A DNA stretch of 63,836 bases, filler included, from Reticulomyxa filosa (lineage: Eukaryota > Protista > Foraminifera), in NCBI GenBank assembly GCA_000512085.1. It is 16 parts of 16 records of this genome, joined end to end, with 100 filler letters (N's around TTAATTAATTAA, not from the genome) between each part and the next. Parts side by side here need not be neighbours in the genome. Positions count along the whole stretch, not along the records: positions 1 to 17,835 come from ASPP01026964.1; 15 more parts are not named here. One strand, 5' to 3'. Shown in pieces: positions 1-13,462 of this stretch (its first letter is position 1; each line of letters opens with the position of its first letter). Under the pieces are notes generated by a model. That model ran no database searches, was not told the origin of the DNA, and saw only the letters and a list, made by a program, of their open reading frames with translations. A program made the translations under genes and the position numbers.

Positions 1-161
1 TTTTTTTTTTTTTGTGTAGCATTCCCTTTCTCCAACCTTTTCCCTTTTTTTTTTTTTTTTTTTGGGGACCATATTTTCCTGTTCTTCCTCAAATCCTCAA
101 ACCAACAAAAATTGTAATGTATTGTATTCATATATGTGTATGTGTTGGTGTACGTGACTAG

Positions 162-1141
162 TTTTTTTATGGGGAAAATAGCTCCAACAATAGTGGCATT
201 GGGCAAATCATCGGAAGACGAGTACCGCAAGGACTTGCATAAGTTGTGTCAAAGCCTACAAGGAAACGCAAAAGGGAACACCCGAGGATTATTCTTTGGT
301 AACACAGAACCGAAGGACGCGATCGAATGGTTCGGCCGCTACGAGGTGGCGACGGTCCCCAAAACTGGATTTGTTGCAACGGAGACTTTTATCATCCGAA
401 AAGGCGCATTGGATTCCACACAATTTAACCACAGTCAAGAATATCAATTGCGACAATTGGGGTTGCTTGTTCAATTAAAACATGGACAACTGTTGCTCGA
501 AAGAGATTTTGTCGTTTGCAAAAGGGGGGATATCCTGAAACCAGAGCAGTGCAGGCTGTTGGTATGATGATCTTATGGAGGGGATTACTTTTTTTTTTTT
601 TGAAGAACGTAATGAACTTTTTGGAAATTGTAAGTTCATTAAATTCAACTTTTTTGTTTCAATGAATAAAATAATAATAATTATAATAAAGGGACTGTGG
701 GATCAAAAACAAGCCAAGTTTCGCATTGTTTTGCATGGCTATTGGTCCAATGACCAGTTTGTGACGTTGAATGACAATCAAAACGAAGCACCAGATACAA
801 ATGAACAAGATGAAGAAAAGTTTTTGCAAGATAAAAACGCAGATTATGATACATTTGGCAATACCGCGAATGATCAAATTGGACGCTCCAATGCTTTTTT
901 CGAAAAGTTGTTGAAAGGCAACAAAGGACGAGCCTTTGATGATGATGAAGATGATAATGATAATAATAATGATAATAAAGACAATGAAGAAAATGACAAT
1001 GAAGATGGAGATGACGATGGTAATGAAGATAACAATGACAACAAAGATGAGTTTGATATCACGATGAAGGAGTCAAACACAAATAGTCAAAATGGGGCTG
1101 ACACTGCTATAGATGATGCTCTGTTCTTGGAAAGCGATTGA
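162..1141 (+). CDS. MRT4: Ribosome assembly factor Mrt4 (uL10/P0-like), 5'-partial; exons 162-561 and 692-1141; acidic tail
   Basis: Translation FFMGK..VALGKSSEDEY..GLFF..GFVATET..QLRQLGL..L.HG.LLL...VVCKRGDILKPEQCRLL matches Mrt4. A phase-0 GT-AG intron (562-691) joins it to GLWDQKQAKFRIVLHGYWS and a D/E-rich tail. Confidence 0.85.
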
Positions 1142-2121
1142 GATTAAATCAAAAGATATCAAATAATATACAATAAAGAATAAATAAAATAACATTGAAA
1201 CTTATAGATTTTTTAAAATGTAATGTCGTTTGCCCTTTGTAGGGTTGGTGAGTTTAAACATAAAGTGAATTATTTTTGTGGTTATAATTTTTTCTTTTGT
1301 TCTTTAGAGGAAACAATAAAATCGATTCAACACTCAAACAAATTCTTCAAAATGAGCAAAATATCAAATTTTTGACGTAATTTAATATGACAAGAAAAGG
1401 ATTAACTACTTTTTTAAGGAATATTAAAAATTCGACACCGTGGAAAAGAAAAAAATTTTATTTTTTTTCTAGCCGAGTTTTAAAATCCTAAAAAAAATTG
1501 TGTGTCAATTTATCATACAATTATAACCAGCCAACAAAAGTTAGACGATTATGAAAAAAAATAAACAATCGTAATATGGACCCTGTAGAACAAAAAAATG
1601 GTTATGTATGACAGGAAGCTTCTAGAAGAAACTTGCATAATATAAATTGAAATATTTTATGCTTACATAGAACAAAGCAAAAAATTACATCGCTAAAAAA
1701 CTGTAGAAGTAACACCTTTGAGTTGTGATTGAAAACGAAAAATTTACTGTGTGCAATACACCTTATCAATTTCAATTTTTCGTTTCTGTCTTTTTTCTCA
1801 ACAAAAAATTTTATGTAATCAAGCTTCTATTTTGTTAGAAGCCTCTAGTTTCTATATTACTTAGGCTAAATATACTGTTGTAATCAGTTTACAAGCTGTC
1901 TTTCACTTGAAAACGCAGTAAGTTTTGGTACATATGTTATTAAATCACTTTGAGAACTAGTAATACTCAGATGAAATCTATTTATTTTGAGTAAACTTCT
2001 ATTAAATTTAACGTAAAGATATTTACGTTTTTTGTACGATACATGATGCATTTTCTGTTAAACATTATAAGCGCAGAACTGTTTAGTGGGTCCTGGAAGA
2101 ATTTTTAGAAAAGAACTTTTC

Positions 2122-4573
2122 ATGACAACTTCGCAATATAAAGAAATTTTTTCACCCAATATGACTTCTTTGCTGTCAACTCCTGGACTTGATGATAATG
2201 AGGACGAGCTAAAATCAAAAGAAAAAAATAAAACGGAAATAACTAACGACAACAACGACAACAATGATAACAACGACAACGATCTATTTAGTGATATAAC
2301 ATTAGATTTAGTAACAGCAACAAAAGAATTGATAGCATTACGCGAAACAAAAGGTAATCCATTTCCATCCTTTGTAAAAATAAAAGAGAAACCTCAATTG
2401 GTAAGTATGGTAGTAGTAAAAAGAGAAAAAACACAATGGGAATGGAGAACAATAATAACACACGTAATTCATCCAATGGGAACATTTCGAATAGCATGGG
2501 ATTCATTTGTATGGCTATTATTATTGTATAGTTTGATTGAAGTACCATTTACATTAGCATTTGGAATTCCAACAAATTTATTTACAACATGGTATGGTAT
2601 TGTTAATTTTTGTATTTATGTTGTGTTAATGTTGGATATAGTATTGAATTTTCGAATGGCATATTTTAATAATTTTGAGCGTGGATTTCGAAGTGAAATT
2701 GTAACAAATCCAAAAAAGATAGCAAAAAAGTTAAGTAGAATAATATAAAATGAATAATATAAATAAATAAAAATAAAATATATTTACATCATATTATATA
2801 ATAGATATTTAAAATCATGGTTTATATTTGATATAGCAGTATCATTACCAATTGAATTTATATTTAATAATAGTGATAATAATAATGCAACACCAGATTT
2901 ACTTTTATTAAATAAAATATTTCGTATTCAAAGAATTTTTCGATTAAAAAAATTTATTCAATTTTGGTCACATTTTAAAAAAAATAGTTTACGATTTCGA
3001 CGATTTTCAAATGATAACCGTGTATCTCTAATAATATCATTTTTAATGAATATACTTGTAAATCATATTGCTGCATGTATTTGGTATGCATTAGGAAATT
3101 CAAGTAATCATTGGACTTGGATAGATGAACATGGCTGGCGTGAGAAAGGTATATCATTTTTATATACAAAATCATTATATTTTACAGCAATTGCATTTTA
3201 TATTACTGGTTATGGTGATATTACACCTGTTAATCAAAATGAAATGGTATTTACAATGTTATTAATGTTATTAGGATTATTTTTATTTAGTTATTTTGTT
3301 GCAAGAGCAGCTATGTTAGTAGTAGTTGCTCGAGATACACAAAAATTAAATGAAAAAATGAATGAAGGATATGAATTTTGTCGATTAAAAGGTCTTTCTG
3401 ATTATGATTCACAACAAGTATTAACAAATATTGAATATGCTTGTCGAAGTGATACTTTTGATGATGATTTACGTATTTGGCCAACTTTACCTCGACATAT
3501 ATTATTAAAATTAATTGGTGATGAAACAACATCTAAATATATTCGTCCTGCACGTATTATTGTTAAATCATTATTTGGTAAATGGATTGATGATGATGAA
3601 ATATTAGGAAGATTAGCATTACGAGTTAAATCAATATTTTGTATGGATTATTTATTTAATAAAGGAGATTATTTTAAAGCAATATATATTCATAATGAAG
3701 GATATTGTGTAAAATTTCAATATTATTCACGTAGTCGTTATCGTGAATTTACTGCAAGTAATGCTCATTTAATGAAACAAGGAAAAAAAAAATTAAAAGT
3801 AGAAGATGTAATGGGTGGTATTAAGATTCGAAAAGGAGATGTATTTGGAGGTATTATTATATATATATGTATATGTATAAATTTTTTTAAAAAGATATAA
3901 ATAAATAATAAAATATATACATATATACATATAATATACATATATATATATTAGGTTTTCGATATAATAATTTACAAAATAATAATAATAAAGCACAATT
4001 TACAATAAAATGTGAAGAACCTTGTGAATTTTTTGTATTAAGTGAAGATGAAGTAATTGAAGAAATTTATCAATGTTATGGTAATATTTCAAATAAAGCA
4101 ATAGAAATAATTAATAATATTGTTCAAGAAGATTATTCAAATCATAATATTTTTGTTTATAAAAATAAACGAAATCAAATAAATACAGATAATAAACAAA
4201 AACTTTTAAAAGAGAAATTAGAATTAAAACATTTATGGAATCGATCTCCAATTATTCGATCACGTAATAATTCATCACTTACTCATTTATCTGATTTAGA
4301 ACAACATTATACATCAACATATAAATCAAAACGATTACGAATTTATGATGATGATGCTGTAGATTGGACTAAATTAAGAAGAACATATATTAATTCAAAA
4401 AAATCAACAAATCAAGTATTACATGTTTCTAATATTAGTAATCCTGATCATAATATTACAACAAATATTGTAACTACTCTAATTCACATCTTCAAACAGA
4501 AGATAAATTACCTACACGAAGCCAATCTGTTCCAGATGTTATTGCAATGACTGAATTGAAGAGAAGATATTAA
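2122..4573 (+). CDS. Voltage-gated K+ channel of the CNBD (EAG/KAT/HCN-like) family; introns 2730-2804 and 3851-3954; probable frameshift near 4478
   Basis: IHPMGTFRIAWD (S1), DIVLNFR..Y, KYLKSWFIFDIAVSLP (S3), KIFRIQRIFRLKK (S4), pore ITGYGDITP, C-linker and a CNBD-like region (YLFNKGD..IY..GDVFG). Splice phases are compatible. Confidence 0.85.
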
Positions 4574-4580
4574 TTTTTTT

Positions 4581-6476
4581 TTATTCAAACAACTTTAAAG
4601 CCATAACATTATCAACCAAAAGAAACAACCAATCAAAAAGAAAAAGATAAAATTGATTTTGTTTTATTTTTTTTTGAAATAATTGAAAATCTAATAATGA
4701 AATAGAAGGTAAAAATAATTTGGTAATAACAATTTTAATATTATCTGCTAATTCATATTTTTCTTCTTCTTCTTCCTCTATAAAAACAAATTTTAAAAAT
4801 TTATAAATATCATTAATAGATATTAAACCATCTCCATCCATATCCACAAATAAAAAAAATAATAATATACAATCTTGTTTAATATCGGAAGAAATATTAT
4901 TAAGTTCTTCATCTTTTTTACATTTATAAATTTTTCTTCGAATTTCACAAGCAACGCATATTCCAATAAATACTAAAAAATCAGCAAAGACAATATCAGA
5001 AGTTGGTTTTCGATGAAGACAAGATAATTTATTATGAATTAGAGATAGATTAATATATTTGGAAGCATTTGGTTTCTAAAAAGATATTTTATTTATTTAT
5101 TTATTATATAAAATAAATATAATATATATATGTATATGTATAAACTTTATCTCGAATTTTTCTACCCATATTCATCATTTCTATAAATTCTTTTAAATCT
5201 AATCTTCCATGAATATTAAATTCACTTGTATATTTATGATAATATTGACAAATTTTACTTACTTGATATTTATCAAATTGTAAAATAATAGAAATATTTT
5301 TCATAGATAATGTTCGAATTTGTCCTTTCCATGCTTTCATATTTAATTGATATAATGCAATATTCCATACAAATGCATCATCAATATTATAATTAGTAAT
5401 ATCACTACCTAAATAATAACAAATATATGATCGAACATTATTTGCATATGTTATTGCATTTTTTTTATCTTCATTTTTTGGAGTATAAGGTGATAAATAT
5501 TCAATTACAATAAAATTAATCCATTGACAACTAAGACGTAATAAATGCATCCAATATATACTTTTTTTATTTTTGTATTTGGTGGTAATAATGATAAATC
5601 CAAATTACAATTTTGTGGTAAAATAAGAACAGGTTGAATAGGTTTTTTAATATGAAATACTTCAAGACAACAATTAAAAGGAATAGAAGCATACATATTT
5701 GTAATAATATCATTTGGATATAATTGTAAAGGTAAACATGTATTTGGAGATAATTTAGAATAATTTGTATATTTACTAACACTATCTTTATTTAAAGTAG
5801 TGGTTATATTTAATGATATATTATCATTATTATTATCATCTTCTTTATTATCATTCTTTAACCATATGCAATGACATGCATCCAAAATTCTTCCAAAAAA
5901 TTTATTTTCATGATATATATTTATATCTACTGCTAATACTGCTCCACATACTGCAAATAATAATAATTGATCTAACATTGTAATATGATTAACAATTAAT
6001 ATATGTGGTCGTTCTTGTTTTAATATTTTTTTTACTGGAACATAATAAATTCCAAATACAAAAAACAATAATATTCGACAACTCCATTGAATACATTTAC
6101 TCCAAAATTTTCGATAGCAAGATATTGGTCGTACATTATATGATTTATCTATAGATCGACAACATGTGCCAATACATGCAAATAAATACATTATTAATAT
6201 TAATATTATACCAATTATTATCTTTAATAATAATATACCACTACATATAAATATTATTATTTTTAAATCTTCCCAACATATTGTTTTTCTAACATGTGGT
6301 TTAAATGGATCCTGATGACGTTGATACTCCAAGTTTGTTGCAAATTTAAATGCAGATTTAAAAACAGAGGAAGAGTCAGGATTATTTATAGAGAGTTCAA
6401 CTCTCTTTTCTTCTTCATTCTTACTTCGTTCAAATAAAGAGACACTAACAAAATCATTTTGTTCTTTTTTTGCCAT
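4581..6476 (-). CDS. LPCAT1/2-like lysophospholipid acyltransferase with C-terminal EF-hand; frameshift in A-run near 5562-5568; intron about 5078-5145
   Basis: N-terminal TM helix, PlsC motif NHITMLD, PIQPV, IEYLSPYTP..E...AITYANNVR, and EF-hand DMDGDGLISINDI. Confidence 0.8.
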
Positions 6477-6859
6477 TTTTTTTCTAAAACAATTTTTTTT
6501 TTAAGTAAAGTAGAGTGAAAGGATACGCTCATAATGAAAGTTCGTTTTTTGTTTTAAAAAAAAACAAACAATAGTTTAAACACAATTGAAATTAAAAGAA
6601 ATTTCTTCTAATATCGTCAAATTAATTAAATTCAAAAACTTTATTCATTACACTTTATTCTCTTTTTGTGTGGTATATATATTTATCAAAATATTTTTAT
6701 CTGATTTCTTTTATTTGAAAGGGTTGTACCTTTCATTGCAGTATATTTATTGCTTATCAGTTTTTTTAAAGAAAGATTTCAAACCAACTTTCTACTTTAA
6801 AATCTGTTACAAAACAAAAATGACATGCAAAAATTATCTTTTAAGAAAGTATATCATAT

Positions 6860-9112
6860 CTATCCCCAAATTCGAATAGAACCTTTATGTGAACCATAAC
6901 ACAGACTGACATTATAACTATTGTCAGCTTTATTTTTGTTGTTCTTTTCTTTTTTTTTTAATGATAAAAATTGAAGAGAACATATTCCATCATCATTTTC
7001 ATCATCTCCTTCAATTACATACAATTCCTTATTTGATCGAATATCCCAAAAACGAATTGTGTTATCCTCTGATCCTGAACATATTACATTTCCACCAATA
7101 GCATTATTGTTCACAAACGGAAAATATTCAACTGCTCTGACCCAATCTGTATGTCCATTGAACACTTGAATTTGTTTACTGGATCGAATATCCCATAAAC
7201 GCACACTGGTGTCACCTGATCCAGATAATATTGTATTTGCACCACCACTAATTCCTAATTCACAAGATGAATATTTTACACTGTTCACAACATCCTCATG
7301 TCCTTTGAAAACAACCAATTGTTTGAAGGTTTCAATATCCCATATACGAATTGTTTTATCCCATGATCCAGAACAAATAGTATATCCATTACCACCAGTC
7401 ACACCAATACTACTATTATCGTTGTTATTGGTTTGCAATGGCGAAAATTCCACACACCAAACAGAATTTGTATGTTCATTGAAAATATGTAACGCTTTGA
7501 ACGTTTCAATATCTTTTAAGCAAATAGTATTGTCCCATGACCCAGAACACAAATAGCGACCACAATTAAATGGTGAGAATCGAATACCGCAAACACCATT
7601 TGTATGTCCATTGAATATTTGAAATTGTTTGTTATTTTTGATATCCCAAAATCGAATGGTTTTGTCATCTGATGAAGAACAAATAACCTTACGATGATGA
7701 TTATGATAATGATAAGATGAAAATTTCACACAATTTACATAATCGGAATGTCCTTTGAATATTTGGACCTGTTTGCTAGTATCCAAATTCCATACACGTA
7801 CTGTTCCATCATCTGATCCAGAGCAAAGGAATTGATCATCATCGAATATTGAATAGTCAATACTAAATACATCTTTGGTATGTCCACTAAATGTCTGAAG
7901 TAATTTATAGGAGCAAAAAGTATCAAAAGTGGGTGTTGATACCAAAGATGAAATACTGTCCACTTCAGTGAAATCACTTTGTTGTTCCTTTTGTTCGTAG
8001 TGGGAGAGTTGGTGTGACAATTGTGCATTTTCGTCTTCTAATGTGTTGATTACGTTTTCATAATGAGACAATAGTTGCTTTTCCCTATTTTCGAAATTTT
8101 GTTTGATTATTTCAAAATCAGAATGAAATTCAAGCAATTCTTGCTGAAACTCTTTTTCCATTCTTTTCATTTGTGTTAATTTTGATTTCACATCTTTTTT
8201 TATTTTTTTGTTTTCATTATCTGTTTTTTTCATTTCTTCCATTTTGTTTTGTATTTCATTCTTCAACTTATTCATTTCCAACATTACAGTTGTATATTGT
8301 CTCGACATTATTGGTGCTTCATCTCCTTTTTGTTTGTGTTTTTGGATTTCCAATTTTAACATGTCAATTTCCATGTTTAGTTGTTTTGCATTGTCCTTTC
8401 CGTTTTGTTATTATTTGCGATTGGGTCATATTGAATATTATTCAATAAAACAAAAAATAAAAAAATTAAAAAAGACAAACTTGCTGCATTTGGATAGTTT
8501 GCTGCATCGACTGGAATAAACGAACGACCAAATCAAAATGCAATTGCATGTTAGAAATCAAATGTTCATTCAAATTGTGTTTGTAACAGATGTAATTGCA
8601 TCCAAATGGTTTAAACCAACAATCACTGACTTTCAAGGGACATTCTTTATCTAAATGCTCACTCAAGTCCTTTATCTTTCCTTTGAAATTACATTTGACC
8701 ATGCTAGGCGTTTCTCCTTCTTTCTCAAATTCATGATATGTTTTTGATTCTTGTTCAAATTGTTTCAAACACATAACTGTTAAGTCACCGATAAATCTTT
8801 GCAATGATTTATTTTTTAAAAATTGGCAGTTCTCATGCGGCTGGACTGGACAAGAATTGTCATTTTCTTTAAGAAATTTCTTTAAGCAGTTTTCTCCAAC
8901 GATCAATGATCCATCCATTTGTTCATGCTGTGGACAATCTAGTTCCATTGGTCTGTTGGCAATCTGCCTACAAATCAAACAAATGTAATCACCAATTTCT
9001 TCAGGTTGATTTGTTCCAAAATCCAATTTTTATTGAAGCATGAATGCTGATGTGATTGTGAATTCACTTTATCTTTTACTTCTTCTTGGAATATTGGCTC
9101 GTCCATGTCCAT
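6860..9112 (-). CDS. RING/TRAF-type zinc-finger + coiled-coil + 7x WD40 protein; intron 8396-8480; 1-nt frameshift near 9018
   Basis: ICLICRQIAN..CPQH..CL..CP and C.FKG....L..HL..ECP...CWFKPFGC zinc motifs. Repeated GH...SGS.D.TIR.WD WD40 blades. Phase-0 intron joins QQ|DNAKQL. Confidence 0.85.
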
Positions 9113-9861
9113 TCTCAATTGATTTAGATGATAGATACTTCGAAAAATATTTTTTTATTTCTTTAGTGCGCAGGGTGGGGCATAAAGCTTAGTTAAAAGA
9201 GTAATTGCACAAATATGTTTTGTGACATTGAAATGTTGGACACCAAATAAGCATTTAAATGTCGCCGTGATATTTGTTAGTTTTAGGTAAGATATATTAA
9301 TGTTACCTCGAAATGAGTAAACGTGCACCTTTGGCTTTTGACGAATATTTAAAAAAGAGGAAATGTTAAATAATTCATTTGAAAATATTGAAATCTTGTC
9401 AATGATTTGAAGTATTTCAAGTATTTTCATTGTATCTACAATAATAAAAATATTCTTAAGAATCTTAATTAATGTCGCTTGAGTTCTCTAAATGGTCTAC
9501 ATCTTTTTATAGTCAGATTTGAAGCAACTTTCGAACCAGTCAATTTGTACTTTTTTTTACGTTTTTGTTTGTTTTTTTTTCCTGTTGTGTGACATGCTCT
9601 TTTCTAACAATTTTTTCGATAAGATGGTCCTCAAACAGAAAGTATTCCGAATAAATGATCTTTTAAAAACTTATATTTTGCAGTTGAAATTTAAATCACA
9701 ATTTTATTACGAAAAGAAAACAAATTCTGGACAGACAAGACGTATTGATAGATAAACAAAAAAGGAAGGCCAAAAAGATTTTTTGTTTGTCAAAAGGGCG
9801 CGGAAAAGAAAGAATTTTGTATTGTTCTGGCATTGTTTGCGAACAGATTTGTTTGGATAAA

Positions 9862-10614
9862 ATGGCGTCAGCAACAAACAAAAAGAAGAAACCGTCGAAG
9901 AGGCAATATGTATCAGATTCAGATCCCGAGCCTGCACCAGAAGAAAAGAAGAGTGAAGTCGAAGTCGAGCCCAAAAAAAAGCGAAGACGAATAATTGATA
10001 GCGCCACAGAAGCGAAAAAAGAAGAGGTTGATAATCGACACGTCTTTGGATATATTGGAATAGATTTTAAGCGTTCCCACAAGCATTACTGTGAAAATAG
10101 AGCAAATATTTTATCGAGATACGATGACGGAGACGGAGTATTAAAACTTTGGTCAGATCGAGGAACAGGAAGGCAAGTGCGTACCTGCTGTCAAGAACTT
10201 TATGATAACAATTGGGAATTTTCCTTTGTGTTAGAACCAGGTGAAAGATAATTTTTTTAAAAAGTTGGTTGATTCAGTAGAGTAATAAAATGTGTTTTTG
10301 AAACCATTTGAATAATAACCATAGAAAACACGTATGATCCTAATGCGATAGTCATATGCGGGAAAAAAGATAACGCCAAACTAGGCCATATTCCAGGTTA
10401 CATTTCAAAACTATTAACTCCTTGCATTAAGGACAAAACCATTGTCTTGGAACAGTTTCGCTTTGACAAAGACAAAAATGAACACGCGGGCAATTGGGAT
10501 CCCACCAAAATTAGAAAATCGAAAGCTATTATTAAAGTCCTTGGAGACAAACCTGTTGACTTACCCGCAGAATTAAAAAGCCTTTTGAAAAGCAAACCTG
10601 AAGAATGTGATTAA
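9862..10614 (+). CDS. Small stand-alone HIRAN-domain protein with basic NLS-like N-terminus; intron 10241-10324
   Basis: Splicing gives FVLEPENTYDPNAIVICGKKDNAKLGHIPGYISKLLTP, matching the HIRAN signature L..EP.N.YD.NAI.V....LG.IP. Basic clusters KKKKPSKR and PKKKRRR. Confidence 0.7.
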
Positions 10615-11069
10615 TTTTTTTTGTTGTTGTTTCGATTAAACGAATTTCTTTCATTTAGCACCTATTCGTCTCAATTTTCTCAAATTCATCCAAATCATTT
10701 TTTGGTGAAGTAAATGTTGACCTTTTTTTTGATAAGAGCCAAGTTAGTTATGAAAAAACAAAATTTAATCTTTTAAGATTAGTGATTATTTTAAAATTAG
10801 CGTTCAAGTTTGCAAAAAGAGTCTATTCTTTTAAATCCTCAGACAATTTATCCTTCAAATACTACAGAAATCTAATACTTTTCGATGTGGAGGGCGATAG
10901 TCTTTTCAATGATCGAAATTCTAGTTTTGGCAAAGTAGCATCTTTTTTTAAAAAAGAGCTTCCTAAAACTCGGAGCCCATCATAAACAAAAAAAAGGGAC
11001 CGAAAAACCACGATCATTATCATCCATTGCAATAATTAAAATTTTTCTCCTGAGCAAATATTGCATGCA

Positions 11070-11806
11070 ATGTCAAATGAAGAGCAGCTCCAACGTGACG
11101 AAGAACTGGCACGACAAATGCAACAAGAAGACGTGGACCTGCCTGGCAGTCAGTCCTATCGTAACTATCCAGAGGTATCACCACCTTTTGTAGGCATTAA
11201 TACCGAGGTTATTCAGTTTATTTATCATTGATGCATAATTTTTATCCTCAAGCGTTTGTGTGCATGACTAGAGAAGGAATGAGACGTCAAGGCAAATACG
11301 AAGCAATATTTTCGATAGCATTCGTGACACGGACTTGGAATCTTGGAGAATTTTCGTGGGAAGAATGGTCATCGCATTTGCTGAAGTTGAAGTGAATGGA
11401 AAATAACTTACATTATTGTAACGGTTAACTTTTTAACGAACATATAAACATACGCAAACCAGTGTTTCATTTGGATTTCATAGATAGCACTGACGGCGAC
11501 AATATTGGCAATTGGATGGAACGAAGAATGTCGTCAGCCTTTGAAATATTGGGTATTGAGTTACACAAGCAGACAGTGCATTGCCATTCCATTGCGATTT
11601 TATGTGTTTTGTAAACAAATAAATCGATATACTTTTATTGTTGTTATTTTGTTCCTCCTCTCTTTTCGTTTTCTTTCTTCCACGTTAATGTTTGTGTTAT
11701 TATTATCGTGGAAACAAATTGCAAACAGGTACTGGACCAGGAATGGCGTACATACAGACAGACGTGAGGCATTAATACAGGTTGACAATAACATATACAC
11801 CATATG

Positions 11807-11877
<71 letters not shown>

Positions 11878-12942
11878 GCATATACACATACACATATATG
11901 TAATTACAGCTGTTGAAAATCCTAAGCATTTTCACTTTCTTATGGTTTTTGATTGGACAATCATTTCTATTTACCGGAAAATCATGTCACAGCAGTGCAC
12001 CTGTCGTTTGGTATTATTGCTTGGCTATCATTATCATCATTTACATTGCTTTGGTATGTGATATGCATATAAATATGAGTGCAAATGTAAATATAAATAC
12101 ATTCATATTATTCATTTCTGTGTATATTTATATCCTTTTAAAGTTAATTTTAAAACTCAGTGACACCGACACAACATAATCACAATATATAAACAATAAC
12201 AAACTCATTAAACAAATAAAAATGAGTCGTTGCCCTTTTTGACAATATTAGCAATATGCATATGTCTGCCCTGTGTATTGATGATATTTCGGCTCCTTTC
12301 CGAACCTGAAGGAGCAGACACGAATGCGATAAAAAATCTCCCCACTCACAAATTTAAAAAAGTTGATGCGGCTGGCAAAAAACCCAAGTGCGATTGTTTT
12401 GAGTGAACAAAATTGTGTTTTGCATTTTGTGTGAGTGTTGCTTGTATTCATTTCACGCAGACACAGTAAGATAATACTTTTTTTTTTTTTTTTTGCATGC
12501 TGATACAAGGACACTAATAGGTAGTGAAGGAGTCGACGAAAAAACAAAAGGCGAGTCGTATCAATTGTCCCATGGCATTGAAGATACGAAAAGTAGTGAA
12601 GATGAGGACGTTGCAAGGTGTGCTGTTTGCATGGGAGATTACGAGGATGGAGATGTACTCAACACTTTGCCTTGTGGTCATGAGTTTCACCAAGAGTGTA
12701 TGGCAAAATGGCTGCCCATTAAAAAAATTTGTCCATTATGTAGACATGACATTACCACGAAAGTAAAACATTCGCCAGCACATTCCGATGGCAATGATGA
12801 CAATGATCACCATGCCACTCCTCACTCACGTAATCCTCATCAAAACACAAGTCCTTCAAATGGCCCTCTCCACGTTCATGTTGAAAGCAATAGACATCCC
12901 AATCCGAGGGAAATTAATGAAGACACGCTCGAGAGAGCATAG
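11070..12942 (+). CDS. Multi-pass membrane RING-H2 E3 ubiquitin ligase (multi-exon)
   Basis: C-terminal CAVCMGDYEDGDVLNTLPCGHEFHQECMAKWLPIKKICPLC. TM exons WNEECRQPLKYWVL, WFLIGQ..C...APVVWYYCL and ICICLPC..EGAD..AI..LP. Confidence 0.85.
11806..11899 (+). repeat. (CATATA)n intronic microsatellite
   Basis: About 12 or more tandem hexamer units, read directly. Confidence 0.9.
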
Positions 12943-13462
12943 CTTTTTAGGGAGAAAAAAAAAATAGTTTTTGTCTACATATATCAATTTTGAGATTGAC
13001 ATTGAGACAAAACGTTGTTTTATGATGTTTCAGTTTGATCTGAAACACACATTGTTCTATCAATTTAATGCTTAGTTATTTTTATCTTTTTGTTTGTGTA
13101 TTGCCTGCATGGCTAGACACAACTTAGTTTAGTATGTTATACACCACAAAAAATTATCGAGGGCTTTTTTCGTGGTCCACATATCTCAAAAAAATCTTTA
13201 TTTTGGCCCTATTCTCCTTTCTTTTGATGTAATCACAAAAAAATATTTCGTGTAAATTGATACGCAGTATTTAATACAGTTGACGTTTATAGAGCTCATA
13301 AGCTGTCTCAAATCCTTAAACCAAAAATGCAAGTAAATGATTGCCTTTTTAAATTTAGTTTTTAATTGTTTAGCGTTTGCGTCCAATCATTTAAAAATTT
13401 TTCAAAATAAAGCAACTGGACAATTTACAACGACCAAGAGTACGCCTAAAAAAGACAAAGAA

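Noticed and set aside
11600-12061. ORFs with (CI)n, (HI)n, (YM)n dipeptide repeats
   Set aside because: Translations of an intronic CATATA microsatellite.
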